In this document: positions 46,929-47,679 of the stretch, one piece after another
How positions within the stretch are numbered: position 1 is the stretch's first letter
How the letters are laid out: each line of letters starts with the position of its first letter
Virus record (IMG/VR): IMGVR_UViG_3300005758_000086
Span: 1-47,679 of that record
DNA from: a virus
Taxonomy: Duplodnaviria; Caudoviricetes
Direction: 5' to 3' (one strand)
DNA length: 47,679 bases
Notes under the pieces: generated by a model
What the model was told of the DNA's origin: nothing
Seen by the model: the letters and a program-made list of their open reading frames with translations, nothing else
The model's database searches: none
Position numbers and translations under genes: made by a program

Positions 46929-47419
46929 TTTCAGGGAATAAAAAAGTCTGGTTTCTTAATGGTGATCTTGTTAGAGTAAAACATAGCAGTAGATCAAATG
47001 GAACTGTAGCATTATATAATATTAATAAAGATAGAGTCGAGATTTGTTTTACTCATGAGTTTAAACGAAAAAGAGAAAAGGCTTACACAATAGGTGAAAC
47101 TGCTATATTAATTAATAGACATAAAAAATATATTCCTAGTTTAATAAAACGTGGAGTAATTCCACCTCCAGTTGGAAGCACAGTGGGGGGAGAAAGAAAA
47201 TTTCAACGAAGAGCATATTATTCAGAAAGCCACATAAAGGAAATAAGGGACATTTTATCTTCAATTCATATAGGTCAACCAAGAAAAGATGGTTTAATAA
47301 CAAACAATAAAACTCCAACTAAACAAGAGTTGACTCGCAGGATGGGCAATGGTATACTTACTTATACGAAAACTGAAGATGGTAGATATATTCCAATTTG
47401 GACAGAAAGTATTAACTAG
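46874..47419 (+). CDS. MerR-like helix-turn-helix DNA-binding protein
   Basis: AYTIGETAILINRH...IKRGVIPPP...YYSESHI; GAAGGA before ATG 46874. Confidence 0.65.
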   Translation: MANKKGSIESENYNESPIISGNKKVWFLNGDLVRVKHSSRSNGTVALYNINKDRVEICFTHEFKRKREKAYTIGETAILINRHKKYIPSLIKRGVIPPPVGSTVGGERKFQRRAYYSESHIKEIRDILSSIHIGQPRKDGLITNNKTPTKQELTRRMGNGILTYTKTEDGRYIPIWTESIN

Positions 47420-47434
47420 ACCCTTGGAGGGTAG

Positions 47435-47644
47435 ATGGAAAAGAACGAAGAGACCAAAGTATCAGTTACTTTGGGATATACATTAAACCTTGGTAATTTT
47501 CAATCACTAAGACTAGATCTTGGTGTTGTAGATTCAAAGCGTGATGGTGAAACAACAAATGATGCCATGGAACGTGTCTATGGTTTTGTCGAGGCTAAAT
47601 TGACCGAAAAGATCAATGAGGCTAAAGCAGAAATTGCAGAGTAA
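47435..47644 (+). CDS. conserved hypothetical phage protein
   Basis: GGAGG SD; YTLNLGNFQSLRLD. Confidence 0.7.
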   Translation: MEKNEETKVSVTLGYTLNLGNFQSLRLDLGVVDSKRDGETTNDAMERVYGFVEAKLTEKINEAKAEIAE

Positions 47645-47679
47645 TGGCAGAACGCAAAGACCGAATGGCTTTGCTTAGT
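47644..47679 (+). CDS. ORF truncated by the window end
   Basis: TAATG-coupled MAERKDRMALLS. Confidence 0.55.
   Translation, partial: MAERKDRMALLS

Noticed and set aside
1-47679. Stop-codon reassignment or tRNA genes
   Set aside because: Long genes are intact under the standard code, TAA, TAG and TGA all end genes, and no cloverleaf was seen in the short intergenic gaps

Overview
This AT-rich window is part of a tailed dsDNA phage genome with siphovirus-like morphogenesis genes. A low-GC actinobacterial host is an inference from the many leaderless-type promoters and the gene content. From left to right it holds: tiny early or terminus-like ORFs (1-1.5 kb); a minus-strand operon (DHH-like phosphoesterase, six-Cys protein, 2OG-Fe(II) oxygenase); a holin-like gene and a TA-rich intergenic tract; a long fibre/appendage region (3.6-17.5 kb) interrupted by a secreted lysozyme-like gene; a class II B12 ribonucleotide reductase; then portal, protease/scaffold, major capsid, neck, tail tube, two tail chaperones, tape measure, tail-tip genes and a MerR-like DNA-binding gene. 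The most striking features are two parallel cassettes of the form fibre, then tip protein with a short peptide-repeat array, then candidate modifying enzymes. One tip has a 14-Cys ladder; the other has (FGFTP)7 plus a Hint domain. Also notable are a repeated six-Cys protein plus oxygenase gene pair, twin terminator-SD modules in the lysozyme gene, and duplicated tail chaperones in place of a frameshift. No tRNA, CRISPR array, integrase, terminase or reverse transcriptase was recognised. All calls come from reading motifs by eye; no database searches were run.
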